From the NCBI GenBank assembly GCA_051362555.1, contig CM120640.1, positions 33,437,967 to 33,501,966 of the forward strand: DNA of 64,000 nucleotides, in the 5' to 3' direction. The translations under genes and the position numbers were made by a program. The first letter of the stretch is position 1. Each line of letters begins with the position of its first letter. Shown here piece by piece: positions 1-14,109 of the stretch. Under the pieces are notes generated by a model. That model was not told the DNA's origin and ran no database searches. It saw nothing but the letters and a program-made list of their open reading frames with translations. The stretch is from Lingula anatina. Its lineage: Eukaryota; Animalia; Brachiopoda.

Positions 1-3000
1 ACTACAGGGTTTCCTTGTATATTGCATTGAGATATTTCAGTTTATATTTCCAATTTTTTGGCTTTAAGGGCCAGTTCTTGAGATAAGAGACAAAATAAAG
101 TTTTTCAACAGATTTTTCGAGGTCTTCACCAATTTTCCAGTTTTAACAACCATCAACAAGTTGATCTACCAGCCCATTATCATTTACGGAAATGCCATTT
201 CACTGCTATTTTCTATTGAACAGATAGATTTTTTTTTAAATTTCACTTCCAGCACTTAGATTCAGGGTAATAATCTTGTTACTAAGAAAGGACATAAATG
301 AGGCAGTAGTGAAAAACCAGATTAAATCTGGCACTCTCCAAAATTTACTTCTACTTCACAAACATGTTTAAAGTCAAGTGTACCATCAATTCATTACTGC
401 ATAGTTCCTGACTCAATGCTGCCATTATCAAATGTTAGAAAAATGTAAAATAAAAGTTAAAAAAATTCATGTGCAGAGATGCTATATAACATTCTTCAAT
501 TTAACAATTAATACAATAAAATCAATAAGCAATCTTTTATATTAATGTGTTCATGACACAATTAAAAACAAGCCAAAGAAATGACATCACATCTATCATA
601 AAAAGGAAGTATATTGCATAGTAGATATTATCAGTTCTTATAATATATATACTTGAATGTTATTATAAATTACAATTCCAAAAGTTTCCTTATGCACAAA
701 AAACTGTTTCTAAGTTAAAAATAAAAACGCCAGAAATTTTCAATAAAACTGACCATGCACAAACACATACAAAATGTGGGCATGGTAGATAAAACGTTTC
801 TGAATAACTTACCAAAATTCAAACTTCATCAAACCTTTTAGATTTCCTCTTCAACTGTGAGAATCCTTTTATTATTTTGCAGCAAGAAGAATCTCTTTTA
901 AATGTCTGTTTTTATATGTTTCTTGCATATAACTGTACTATTTCATTCTGCAGACATATAGGTTAAGTTACACTGGCATTATTTCTATAGCCAAACACTC
1001 TGTGTGCTTTCGGTTAACGAACATCTCTCTTGTGCATTTTCAAATTGGGATATCTGAAATATAAATTGGAAGCGTAACACATTATATAGTTTGAACAGTA
1101 AAAAAAAACAAGTAAAAAAAAATTAAAAACATGTAAATAAACAATCACACACACACATACAATCATAATGTGGAGATGAAATATACTGTTAGATTTATTA
1201 GCAAAGTATCCATCATACACTCAAACAAAAGCTTATTCTAGATTCATAAGTGTTACGATAGAAAAATTTTTAATAAATAATTGTGAGGTCTGTTTGTTCA
1301 AATTTTAAATGAGAAATTTTAATATAAATACATCCATCAATTTATCATGGCTCAGTATCATTTCTCTGAAAAAATTCTCTTCCCAACCAATAAAAATGCC
1401 CTATTGACATTATCATGTTTTAATATGCCTATTAATTATTGCAGAACACTACGGTATCTCTTTTGTAAAAGAGCTTAAACAAAATAACACATTTGTTTTA
1501 TGACCAAATGTTGAATTATATTTATCCCAGGACTTTATGTACAAATGAGGAATATGAAGAGTAAGATTATAAGAAATGCTATAAGTAAGCAGGATGAGAC
1601 GGAACCAACTTTTACTCTGCAAATTGAAGGAAAAAGAAGGTTATGCCATTTATTTCAGAAGAACAAACCGAGGTCAAATTTTCTGGTTTTCCCTTGGTTA
1701 TGGTGACAAAATTCAGATTTTGATCTTCATGTGAAAATCTCTATGATACATTTAATAATGTACAAACTGAATAAAGAATAATGATGAGACTGCATTCATC
1801 CACTCCCAGGTGTCAGTATATATATTATTTAGAATTCAGTATATTGCAACTTTCTGGAACATTAAAAAATGTTAACTTTTGTCTGCAGCTGAAGTAAGAA
1901 TAACTTTACCTTCTTTAAAATCTTGCTAGTACTCAGAAAGTTTGATCCAAGCTTTGAAAGATGTTTATTAATTTTTTTCACGGTTTTTGAGACTCTGCAA
2001 CTACTAATAACATATCAATTTCTCAGTAGAGTACTGTTAGAGAGCATCCACTATAATCTACAATATTCACGAAAAAAAAAAAAAATGCTTAGTAAAATGT
2101 TTGGAGTGGGATAAACTACAAATTTATGTTTACTTCATGAATACCAATATTAAGGAAACCAGAATAAAAAAGCTTTTAAAATCACAGAGTGAAAGGGAAA
2201 AATAAAGCTCACCAAAAGTCATTGTGATGAGGAACGTGACTGGAAGAGAAAGAGAAGAACAACATATAAAAGTAAAAATAAAAAGAAAGAAAAAAAAAAA
2301 CAAAAGACCCAAATCTGAAAATGAACTAACAATAACTTAGGAATTTGATATATTAGAAAAATAAAGATGACAAGAGCTTAACATCTCTATCTCTACCAGT
2401 AAAGCAGAAAAACGGCATACAACATGCAAGATATGAAGTGAAAACCTCCATGTTGTCCAAATTAGGCCCTAAAGAAATTGATCTTCATTTGTAAATGCTT
2501 TCTCAACCATTACCTGGTCATATTTTATAAACATATGTTAGAATTTAATTATATGGAGAACTTTTTCACATTCCTTCATAATTTGACAAATTTCATAGTT
2601 TCCCCAAGTCTTATAGGATGTATCTTTATTTTTTATTTGACTATAAATTTGAACAATTACTGGAAAATGTAGGTGATTTTTTTCAATGGGCTAATCTTAT
2701 TTGTTTTAGTGAAAATTTTCTAATTGTGACTAAGGTTTCTATCATAATGCAAACTACATGTGAAACAAAAACATTAAAAAAATTAATGGCATCACAAATA
2801 TGCAACTCATATACTGACATTTGTAAAATATAAAATAAATTGCAAGAACCAGTTTTCTCCTATGCTTTTGATAAAAAGAAATCAATAATTATGAAAAAAT
2901 TAAGTCAAGCAAAGGTGGAAAAGTATAAGCACATGCAAAGCACTTCTGATACAAAATAACATTAAATTTTTTAGACTCACACTCAAATACTAATTAATTT

Positions 3001-3015
3001 CATATCAATGTAAAT

Positions 3016-4317
3016 TCAACATTCATTCGCAAGGCAGCTGCTCTTGTTTTTCTAAACAGACTAATTATATAATTATTATTGAAGTCATATAATCTTACTT
3101 TTTCTTAAAATTAAAAATCACAATTAAATTTCAAATTTAATATATTGATATAGTTTTTTTGACAAACTATAAAAACATTTGGAAGTACCATTTACATCCA
3201 TTTAAATTACTTATCAACATAAAAGATTATTGGGGAGGAAAAATTCAGTTTACACTTTACCTTTTTTTGATGTTTTGAAGAAACTGTTTTGTTGATGATA
3301 GCAATCCATGAATACATATCTTCACAGGTATCACACTAAAAAATGAGAAATATTTCAACATTCTATACAGTAAAGCTATTCAAAGTTAGGTATACTCTAG
3401 AAATTAAATTCAAAAGTATTTTTCACAAGTAATGCCACTTACTTGTACATAAAAAGTTCTATTGCGGGTCACCAGTTCAAACAAGTTGTCTCTGTCTTTG
3501 TATCTATATTAAGAAAAATGTAATATTTAAATGATTTATATGATAACTGCAGTTGCAAAATCAATATGTATAAAGAACAAACAACATTCCTCAACATGCA
3601 TATTTACATCATGGAATAATTTATTTATATTACCTTCGCTAAATAATATACCAAGGATGAACACAATTTTTTGAGTACATGCACTTAAAATATCTTAATT
3701 TACCTCTCAGTCTGCTTAGCTTCCTTAACATTAAGGATATCTATAGATTTGATTGGTCTTTTCCCCTACAAAAAAATGATTGAAAAAAAGGTAAAATCTA
3801 AACATAATACTGTCTAGCTCCATTCTAAACCAATAGCACACTTCTAGAAATGCTAATTTATAAACAGACAAATGAATCAGTAAGTTCATTATGAAATCTA
3901 GTCTTGAGGAAAAGTAAACATCTTTATACAAAAACAATAATATCAGTGATAATACACAAACCTGCCATTTCTCATTTTTATAATATGAAATTCTGTCTTC
4001 ATCCAATACAAAAAATCTTCTTTTCCAATTTTTCACCTGAACAAAAATTGATGGAAAGGTAAATATCCTGGAATAATATCAATCATTACATATCATTTTA
4101 ACTTACTAACAATCACTTGTAACAGATTAATTATTAGACATACTAGTCACTGATTTAGAAAATTCCTTACCACACCCCCTTGTTTAACACAGTATCCTTG
4201 GTGGATGGACTCCTTTTGATGAAAAATTTTGTCATCCTCATCTGAACTTGTGCTGCTTAAGTCATCTTCACTCTGCAAACATCAATTGGAAACGATAATC
4301 ACAACTGCTTCACACTT

Positions 4318-4380
<63 letters not shown>

Positions 4381-5669
4381 GAGAGAGAGAGTGAGAGAGT
4401 CCTACCATGACTGTCTTTTGAATGGCTCCACCAACTATCTCAGTCTTATAAGCTTGAGAATCACTAAAGCTTCTTCCTCTAGCTTCATCGAATGTTGCAG
4501 ATTTTGGCACCTGAATCAAAGTTCACATAAAACAATTAAATTATAAACACATGTAAGTTGTTTCCATTTGTCTAACTTTGAAAATGCAACAAGAGACAAC
4601 TTTAAACATTAAACACAATTTAACAATCAGGTTAAAAGATCAGGCATGCTATTTCCGAGGTTAATGCATGCGTAAATAAATAGCTATGTGACTAGAACAA
4701 ATATGATGCCAGAATGGATCTACACTTCAATAATTAATGGAATAAGTAATCAACACATTTTGTAATTATGGCAAGTTTTCAAATGATTATGATGAAAATT
4801 AATATATTTAAACTTTGTACTTACTGTTATCTTTGATGCATCTGTTAACAGCTTTATCCATTCTTCTTCTTCCTCTTTGCTCTGTGATTTGAAAAAATGT
4901 CTTTTCCCTGCTACTGTTACAGCTTGAGAATAAGAAAGGAAAAGCAGAATACACCAGCAGTTACAAAATGACTCATCAAACATTAAAACATATGATAAAC
5001 ATGAAAAAAAATACTTGAACTGTAAAAACCCCTCATTAAACATTCCCAACTCTCAGTACTTACCAAAGCAGTATGGAAACTTGGGTCTTTGCTTGCTAAC
5101 ATCATTTACCTATAAAAACAAAAAATATTTGTCAAAACAAAAGACTGTGTGCAAAAAAGCTTTCTAGATCTACTTTATAGGACAGAGCATTAAAATGTCA
5201 TCGGAATTTTACATTTAACTATGAAGGTATGGAAGTCTTCTATCAATTATGCTATATCATAATATGTAGCATTTTGAAAAGAGAGCTTCTTCTGAAAATT
5301 TCTGTCAAAGTCTATTTCTGCCAAACCACTCTGGATGGTGACTAGGTATGTAATTTTGATCTTATTTCTACACATACCTGGGATATATACTGAGTTGGTA
5401 TCACACCCAGTGGATTAATGTGTGATTTCTGAAAAAGGACAATTATATTTCTTCCTGTTTGTCTGATACACTTCCTTGTAAAAACAGTATTTTAGTTAAT
5501 GTTCTTTTTTTTTAAGGAAGAACATGTCCTGCAAATAATTTTTTTTAATTCGTATGTATACAATACCATATTATTACTTTATCCCAAAACAACACTTATA
5601 TATATGTAAGTTCATATAATATTCAATTCTACTAATTGTCTTTTGTTTATTTTTATTTATTTATTTATT

Positions 5670-5726
<57 letters not shown>

Positions 5727-5869
5727 TTTACCTTAGGATCCTCTGTGTAATAAGCCAATTTTTTGTCCTTCTCTAGACGGACAAAAATCTCAACAAAGTG
5801 CCCGCTGTTTTCCTTCTCTTCATACTCTAGATAGCCGCATGGCCTACCCTCCCCGTCCCAGGATAGCAT
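3016..5869 (-). CDS. PLEKHA1: Tandem PH domain protein, TAPP1/TAPP2 (PLEKHA1/2)-like
   Basis: Approximate spliced exons: 5869-5732 (MLSWDGEGRPCGYLEYEEKENSGHF), 5428-5378, 5109-5064, 4922-4825, 4510-4406 (AYKTEIVGG), 4273-4171 (GYCVKQGGV), 4036-3962 (KNWKRRFFVLDE), 3765-3704, 3503-3443 (RDNLFELVTRNRTFYVQ) and 3335-3261. These match both TAPP PH domains as recalled. The last exon is uncertain: either 3051-3016 (KNKSSCLANEC*) or unspliced read-through to a stop at 3207. A probable 5'UTR donor lies near 6395. Confidence 0.85.
4320..4400. repeat. Compound (GT)n(GA)n microsatellite, intronic
   Basis: Directly visible dinucleotide runs. Confidence 0.95.
5645..5725. repeat. (ATTT)n/(ATT)n microsatellite, intronic
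   Basis: Directly visible; it produces the poly-Ile tail of ORF 5669-5869. Confidence 0.95.
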
Positions 5870-7353
5870 GGTGGACTAGGGCATGCTAATAATAAATATT
5901 ATTGAAATAAATATCAATAATACCAATTTCAGGAAAGTTATTGGGTAGAGTAACTCCAATTAACCACAAGCAAAAAGCTGATAGGATTAAAATACATTCC
6001 TGAAATAGGGAATTGCTAATTTTATAAAAACACCCTTGAATATCTAATCTAGAATGGAAATTGAAACTACTGTTCTATTCAAAACGTCTTTTTTATGTCT
6101 TCTGATGTGTGCTATATTACGTAATATAGGTGATAAAATATAGATACCATACATAGCAAATACTAGAAAACATAAAAAAAGCAGTTCTAACGCATGAAAC
6201 ATTGTGCTACCATCGCAACTGTGAAAGTGCAACGGTTAATATGGAGGTATAAATTTTAAATGCGGCTTTTAAGTGTAGATGGCGACTAAAAGCACGCTGT
6301 AACAGGTGCTCCAGTTGATGCAAAAGTACATATTGTCCCTAAAACATGATGCACATTAATGAGCACAACTGTTCATGAATATAGTTCATATTTACCTGTT
6401 TGATTCCCAGCAGGGGTAAAAAAGCTGAAGCTTCCGTGATTTCATCTGAGCCTCCAAACACTAAAGAGATTTGAAACAAGACAAGCTAGAACCAAACAAA
6501 CCAAACCAGATTTAGTACGCCTACCGGTACGTAACACGGCATTTATAAGAAATATAGATAAGTTATTTACGTTACATAAAGATTGAAAGTAACAGTATCT
6601 TTAATCTTAAAGAAGGAAAACTTTCCAATTTCTAGAAGGATTTTGGATATCTTAATTTTGAATTAATAAGGTGAGTTGATACATATCATGACGTACCGGT
6701 ATATACATGAAGTATCGAAAGTGAGTTCAAAATCCGTGTTGCGGACTATTTGGAACTTGTAGCTTGCCCCCATGCCTTTAGAATTATGATGATTTGGCGC
6801 GTGTAGATCAGCAAGCCTTGGAATTGTTGCTGAAGAAAAATCGCCATAAGTTTTTTAAAAATCAAATTAGCCCCCATCCCCCTTCCCCTTATTTTCATTC
6901 CAAGACTATGGGCCTACAGTGATTCTGCTTGTATTTAATTCTGAGACGAAAAAACGATAACTGAGCGAGTGCCACTTTACGAGAAAGAAAATTGTTATGT
7001 TATTTACATTGGGGTAATGAATGTTCATATGATTGTATTTCTTTTTCGAAAGGTTCAGTGTTTTGTGATTATAATAGTACGCACGTTAAAAATTTCGTAA
7101 AAGGATATTCTGTTGGCGTTCATCATCATTGTCCTGTAACTGTTGGTAAATTTTATGGGTAAAAATCCGTATCAATGTATTATATCGTTCTACAGGACTA
7201 AGGCAAATTCTCGCTAATATAAGGGCCTACATAAGTTGACTCATAAGTTGTCACCTCTGTCACAATTCTCGTTAATGCTAAGAGGTATCGTTATATTTGT
7301 GGCACACAGTGTGATTGGTAATTTGTTAGAGCACCAGCGTTGTTGCACTTTCA

Positions 7354-10101
7354 ATGGCGAAATGTACCAGGGTAGTGTTTGTTGGGGCAGAACATAATCC
7401 GTGTTGTTTGATTGATGACTGCACCGTTCCAACAATAGGAGATGGGGAGGTTTTGGTCAAGGTCCTGCTGGCGACTGTGTGTGGCTCTGACCTGCACACC
7501 ATATCTGGCCAACGAAAAGAGGCGACACCAAGGTAAATATCAGTGTTCTAGAGCTGATATATATATGTGAAATGGAGGGATATTTATTATGCTCCATCCA
7601 TAATAAATAGGCCTGCAGACATAGATGTAGTCCTTGTAAATGGCAAGTCTTAATGGATTAGTTCGCCCAAAGCTGCTGTGAAATTAATATGATACGCGTA
7701 AAACATTTGTACACCAACAAATGATATGTTGTTAAGATGTCCCCCCAGACAGCTAAAATCACGTAAAAGCTGAAGTGATATAAAGTCCCAGGTGGTTTTA
7801 TATTTGTCGCTACTGCCAAACACCTTTAATTTATGACATATCCCAAGAACCCGGTAGCTAGGCATATATGGAATTTTTATTTAACCATATTTATATAAAA
7901 CACTCGTGTGACAATTGGTCGTTTATCGTCGATTCCAGTGTGCTGGGTCATGAAGCTGTCGCAGAAATAGTGACCATTAACAGAAATGCAAGTAAATTCT
8001 CCCCCGGAGATCGAGTCACCTTCACCGTGGTTGACTTTTGCGGGGAGTGTGCAAGATGCAAGGGAGGCCTTGTACAGAAATGCACGCGGTTGTTTAAGGT
8101 AAGAGATGCCGTCCGTCGTGCTTCAATAACATAGTTTCATTGCAGGTGCAAACAGGACTCCGACACGAACGGTGTGCCTTGTTGCGCTAGTCTCACATAA
8201 CGGTGATGTAACTGACCTTTTGCACCATCGTTAGATAAGATTAATATATTTCACGATGGAAACTGAGGTTGCTTAATGAGGTCTTTATTGATATTTATTG
8301 CCGACGTGCTTGGTGATGCAACTGTTGTCGGCCTTTATATTTGTATTAGTTAGCCGTTGGGAAAGTAAAGGGGAAAGTTGGGAGGGGGAGTGTTACTGTG
8401 CATGGTACACAGCGTTCACCTGCTGCTTCTGTGTTTTTCTCTCATAAAGCGAATTATCGTGAAAGCAGATTTTCCCTCCACTTTTCATTTATACATTAAG
8501 GGCTTTTATTCTAGGTCCTATACCTATAATTTGTTAACAATATCCCTGTCAGCTATGGCAAAGGGGATATCAATCATTGCGTGGCATTGCTGAATTTTCG
8601 ACATTGTAGATATTGACGCAATGCCTTATGCATCTGATGCAGGGTAAACCTTATAACGATCGTGTATTGCAGTATGGTCACGCACAACTTGCTGACGGGA
8701 CTGGTTTTAATGGATGTTATGCTACCCACATAGTGTTAAGACCAGGAACGCACTTAGTGAAGATCCCCGATCATGTCACGGACCGTATGGCCGCCCCCAT
8801 TAACTGTGCATTGGCGACAATGGTGAATGTTATGAACTCTATTCCATCGATTGGGGATAATAAAGCAAATCACGTCGCCTTGATCCAGGTGGGTTACAGT
8901 CCTTTTAACGGCGCTTAAGAGAGAATATTAATTCTAGATTTATTTATAAAGGTGCCTATCCTGCTTATCAGAGCATACTTCTTGTCTGAAGAATCGACGA
9001 GTGCACACTGCTTAATCAATACGTCATTAGCACATTTTACACGTAGGTTTTATGGTAATATTGGATAAAGTGAGGACGAGATATTCCGTAACATTTAAAT
9101 TAATCAATTATTCTGATTATATAGTTTTCACTAGCCTGTGCAAAGATTCGAAAACAGGATGTTTATTTAATTTTCAGGGTGCTGGACTTTTGGGATTATA
9201 CGGTTGTGCATTGCTGCGAGATCGCGGTTATCAGAAAGTCTACTGCGTCGACATCAACCGAGACAGACTGACTTTGGTACCTCTATTTGGTGGAATTCCG
9301 AACTTTATCAGTGGAAATGGTATTACGTTGCTGATGATTAGACCTAATAAACAACGCTTTAGCACTTTTTTTTTTTAGAATCGTACTGAAACCTATGAAA
9401 AGTGATGATATTTGGACAGACATCTCTTATGTTTTGGTTGATTTTTGAAAAAATATTCGCTTTAAAATGAATAAAAAAGCATCTTTTTCGAGAATGAATG
9501 TTGATAGAACCAGTATATTAATCTTATGCTGGTACAAGACTTAATTAAGAATTCCCATTATAGAGTTGACAATCGACATAGACCCTGATTCCGTCGACAC
9601 CGTCATCGAAGTGTGCGGCTCCCCAAATGTTATACAGCAAGGAATTTCTCTACTTAGACCAGGAGGTACTTATTTGATGGTGGGCATGGTGCACCCAAAC
9701 TCCAAGCTCAATTTAACGGGGGAGCAAATCATAAGGAAGTGTTTGACAATAAAAGGTATTTGTGCTGCTTATTACTGAAACAGATTATGAACAATCCCCA
9801 ATCTTGTACCAAACATAGCATTTATATATTAATAATATATTTAATTTCTAGGTTTTTTTTACATATAGTAAATCTGTCCGTAAAGGTATACTTTTAATGT
9901 TTAAAATTTAACATTTTTACAGGCATACATAATTATGGACCGGCTGATTTGGAGCAGGCCGTAGAATTTATATCTCGGACTGCAAACAAGTACCCGTTTG
10001 AGCGCCTCGTGGGCGGAGAAGAATATAGTCTTCGGGACATAACGGACGCTATAAAAGAGGCAGAACTAAGGAAATATCTTCGGGTAGCTGTGAAACCATG
10101 A
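7354..10101 (+). CDS. Zinc-dependent medium-chain alcohol dehydrogenase (MDR), copy 1; resembles the TM0436-like / phosphonate-associated clade
   Basis: Six exons join in frame: 7354-7532, 7939-8098, 8673-8888, 9178-9319, 9564-9755 and 9923-10101. Catalytic Zn motifs are CGSDLH, VLGHE and INCALAT. The structural Zn motif is CGECARCKGGLVQKC. The Rossmann motif is GAGLLG, followed by an Asp (CVDIN) suggesting NAD preference. The protein ends RVAVKP*. Confidence 0.92.
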
Positions 10102-11139
10102 TTGAAGTTTGATACCACACTTGAGTGAAAAAGTATCGTTATTACACGATATGTGGCACAATCTTGCAGAGGCATTCAACCTACAATGGAAGTAAATGTG
10201 ACCATTTTGGCCTCAGACATTTTGATTTTAAAACCAGAAATGTGTGTTCGCTTTTTGCTTACATTTTGATTCTAGATGTTGAAAAATGTTGGCTCAGATG
10301 TAGTACAACACGGATGGACGCAATTGTATCAGGCACCAAAAATGAAGAACGTAATATTTTGCACGTAAAACGATATTTCGGAAAACACTCCTTTCCCTGT
10401 CTTTGATGTATGTGATAAGAATAAAAAACTAGGCCAGATAACGATTCAAGTTATGAAAAGATCATACTGTAACAGAATCGAGGTTCAAAATTGGGCCATT
10501 TCACCTTACCTTATACACGGTACTTGCGTTGTATACAACCACATGTATACAGTAAAATCACGGAGTTAAAGACAACAAGTTTACTTTTTTACATCATACA
10601 AAATGATATAATGACCGATGTTAACTGAGTTTGTTTTTAAAAAAAGATCTTTTCATCGCCAAAAACTTTATTGCTCATGTTGCACCCTTCCATGCTCGTG
10701 GTAGTCATTACACCCACACCAACAGTATCTTTTAATTCTTAGCATTTGAAACCTTACAACATGAACTTAATTAACTAAAACATGAACTAAATGGTTCTGT
10801 TGGGCTTGAGATATGAAACTGAACGGAGCAATTGCTAAAAACCCCATATAACACGAAAACGAATTTCAGAACCCGACCAGTCTTTTTTCCAACTATATTG
10901 TTATAGTGCAGAATTGTTTGATAATGAAAGAGACAGAAATGCACGACAGATGCATGTCTTATGTAAGATTGTTACAAGAAGTAAATAAATCTTGTTTTAC
11001 GTGTGCTCTATTAAGTGGCTTATTGGCGTCTCTTGAAATTGGGTCGGCCTGTGTTTGGAGTGCACTGATAGTGAGTCAAGCCCGAAAAGGGATTCTACCT
11101 TTAGGACTAGTCCTATTTTCACCTGCCATCAGTCCTGAA

Positions 11140-14064
11140 ATGACGAGTACTAGGGTCTTATTTCGAGGTGTAGAGCATGATCCATGTTGTGTAATAGAAG
11201 AGGGTAAAATCCCAGAAATAACTGAAGGGGAAGTACTGGCCAAGGTACGGTTGGCTACAATATGCGGCACTGATCTACATATTTTGAAAGGACAACGCCA
11301 AGTTGCAACGCCATGGTATGTGTAATATTACTATGCTCTGATATAAGGGTTTTGTTGAAACAACGTATTTGTATTCGGCGTGTAACCTTGAAGGTCACTG
11401 CACTTAGATCATACCAATTGTCCGAACTTTGTACTGCTTACCGCCGTATATTGTTATCAGCAAGCGTTTACCTATTTCGCCATGTGATAGACATTTACTT
11501 GTCATTATCTTCCAAAATCATGGCGAGTTCTAGGGTCTTATTTCTCGGTGTAGAGCATGACCCATGTTGCGTTATTGAACGGGGCGTGATCCCAGCAATA
11601 ACGGAGGGGGAAGTACTGGTCAAGGTACGGCTGGCTACAGTGTGCGGCTCTGATCTTCATACCTTGAATGGGAAACGCAAAGTCGCAACGCCCTGGTACG
11701 TGTTATAGCTAAAGGATGAGACTAATGAGATGTCAAAATGTAAGGACAGAACTGGAGCTTTCAAATGTTTTGAATGAAGTCAGTCAAATTCCTTAAAGCA
11801 TAAGATAGTATTTTGAATTACTGTAATTAATTTTGAATTTTAAGATGTGAAAATGTAAAAGATGATGTTAAACCAGGTCTCTTAAAACAGGCCAAGTGAT
11901 TTTTGATAAAATATAGTGTACTCATGAAAAGATAACGTCCTCTGCAGTTTCATTTCGTAAAATACACGACATGTGTTAGCGATGTGTATGCAATATACGC
12001 GAGGGCGATATAACGAGTGGATACCACATACACCCTGCAGATCATTGGTGTATCTAACTGATGTCGAGAACCAAATGTCCGGACATGGTGCATGGTTTTG
12101 CGTGGCGCACATGCATCCGACACACGTCATGTCGGGCACCTTTGTTTCAGGCATCCCCGTGGTACATGTACAATACTCTTATATGCCTGTATATACCTAT
12201 GTTACATTGTTTAATTCTATACCTTACCAAGGTGAGGATACAATTGGAATGGTTAAAAAGATTAAAAATATTCCAATTTTGGTGTTTTTTATTGAGCACG
12301 GTAGCGCATCCTTTCGTGACTGTATTTATATTCCACTCTTCTACCCCTTGGCTGCACTTATACCGCTTTCCCAGTTTTTTCTTTTTCTTTCTTTCTTTGT
12401 ATTTAATTGTTTAGGATTGGCATATCGATCCAAGAAAAAATTATACCTTGTACTTCTTCCAACTTTTTTATTTTTTATTTTGTATCGAGCAAGTGAGATC
12501 TCGGAGGCAAACAAATACTTTCCACTGGACCACTTACTTCTTCAAGATGACACATGTAACATGTACATTCTAAGCCCTCGTTCATCAGTCCTGCTTATTA
12601 AAATATTAAAGCACTCATCATTTTGCCACAGTGTCCTTGGGCATGAAGGGGTTGCCGAAGTTGTAGAAGACAGAAGGAACTCCAGTGCCGGACGGCTGTC
12701 ACCTGGCGACCGTGTTACAGTCGCCATGGCGATATTCTGTGGAAAATGCGACACATGCAAACTTGGTCTTGTACAAAAATGTGACCACCGGTTCATAGTA
12801 AGTGATATGCCTATCAGAGTGTATTACGTGGATTATCAGACGCCACTTAATATCTTGATTAGCACTATAAAACCGGATGATAAACTTTAAACGGGCTGGA
12901 TTTATGTAATATGTTATGGTATATAGTGTGTTGACTAAGTGTTTTGGTGTTAAAGAACGAAGATGCTTATAAATGTCGAATTCATTATACATGCACCTAA
13001 CATCAGTTCTGCGCTCCAGCCTCTCTCATCTATAGTTTCTGACCAAGTGCTTAAATATCATTTTTTTATTGCAGTACAGCTTTGCTGACATCAAGAACGG
13101 CACCGGTTTCAATGGGTTTTATGCCACCCACATGGTTCTCAGAAAGGGGTCTCACATCGTGAAAATCCCTGACCACGTCTCGGATCGAATGGCAGCACCA
13201 GTGAATTGCGCATTGGCGACAATGGTGAATGCTGTTCATGCGATAGAAGAGAGCATGCATAACAATATTGCAGTGGTACAGGCAAGTCTCTGTCAAACCC
13301 AGCTATGATGAGACCTTGAGTTTCAAAGGTCACTGGACACCCACCACTCCGCTATTGGCATGCATCAGCCATTATACCCTAATCACATGATACGGAAGAG
13401 GCATAGCAGATAATTTCCAGTGATCTCTGAAACTCAGAGCAATTGATAAAAGCAGAGAAGCTTTAATTTACCCAAATTTCTGAATTTGGAAACTCTCCTC
13501 TCTACCCTATGTCACTGATTATTGGAAACTCACTTCCATAATCAGCTACTGTCATCTTCAGTATGTTAAATCCGATTAGTGTTCATCAAACTCTGAGTCT
13601 CCGGGTGTTGTAACCGGGCATACTGAGATCTTCTGATTGTTCTTATTCTGTTTACTGGTCTTGTACATCCTTTCGGTCCCTTTATAAAATGGGATTGAAC
13701 GATTGAGATGCTAAAAGATTTATAAATCAAATATTACTTAAATTTTTTCTTTTGAATTGCCACAGACGATATGAAAAATGTGCCTATTTGTAGGCTCTTA
13801 TATAATGGTAAAAATGGATAGATAAATCATAAATTGAATCCTGTTGTTACTCAGGGTGCTGGACTCCTAGGACTCTATGGGATTGCACTGCTGAAAGAGC
13901 GTGGTTATCGTAAAGTCTACTGCACAGATATCAGTGAAGACAGGCTGAAGTTAGTTACTCATTTTGGTGGAATACCATATTCTGCTAATTCAGGTACGGA
14001 AATGGTAGCAAATTTAAAAAATATGTGAACAAAATATCTTTAAATTCTATAGAGAGTATACAGG

Positions 14065-14109
<45 letters not shown>

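Noticed and set aside
1-3000. Short hydrophobic ORFs of 60-71 aa
   Set aside because: AT-rich sequence consistent with PLEKHA1 3'UTR or intergenic DNA. The F/L/I-rich translations are typical of non-coding DNA.
6814-6908. Short inverted repeat AGCCTTGGAAT / ATTCCAAGACT in the PLEKHA1-ADH intergenic region
   Set aside because: Only 11 bp with a mismatch and no clear target duplication, so too weak to call a MITE.
10099-10128. Stop-codon read-through of ADH copy 1 to a hidden targeting signal
   Set aside because: The context is TGA-TTG rather than TGA-CTA, and the extension LKFDTTLE is not PTS1-like.
11973-12890. 305-aa ORF
   Set aside because: Only the 12632-12797 part is ADH exon 2. The rest is intronic low-complexity sequence with no recognisable domain.
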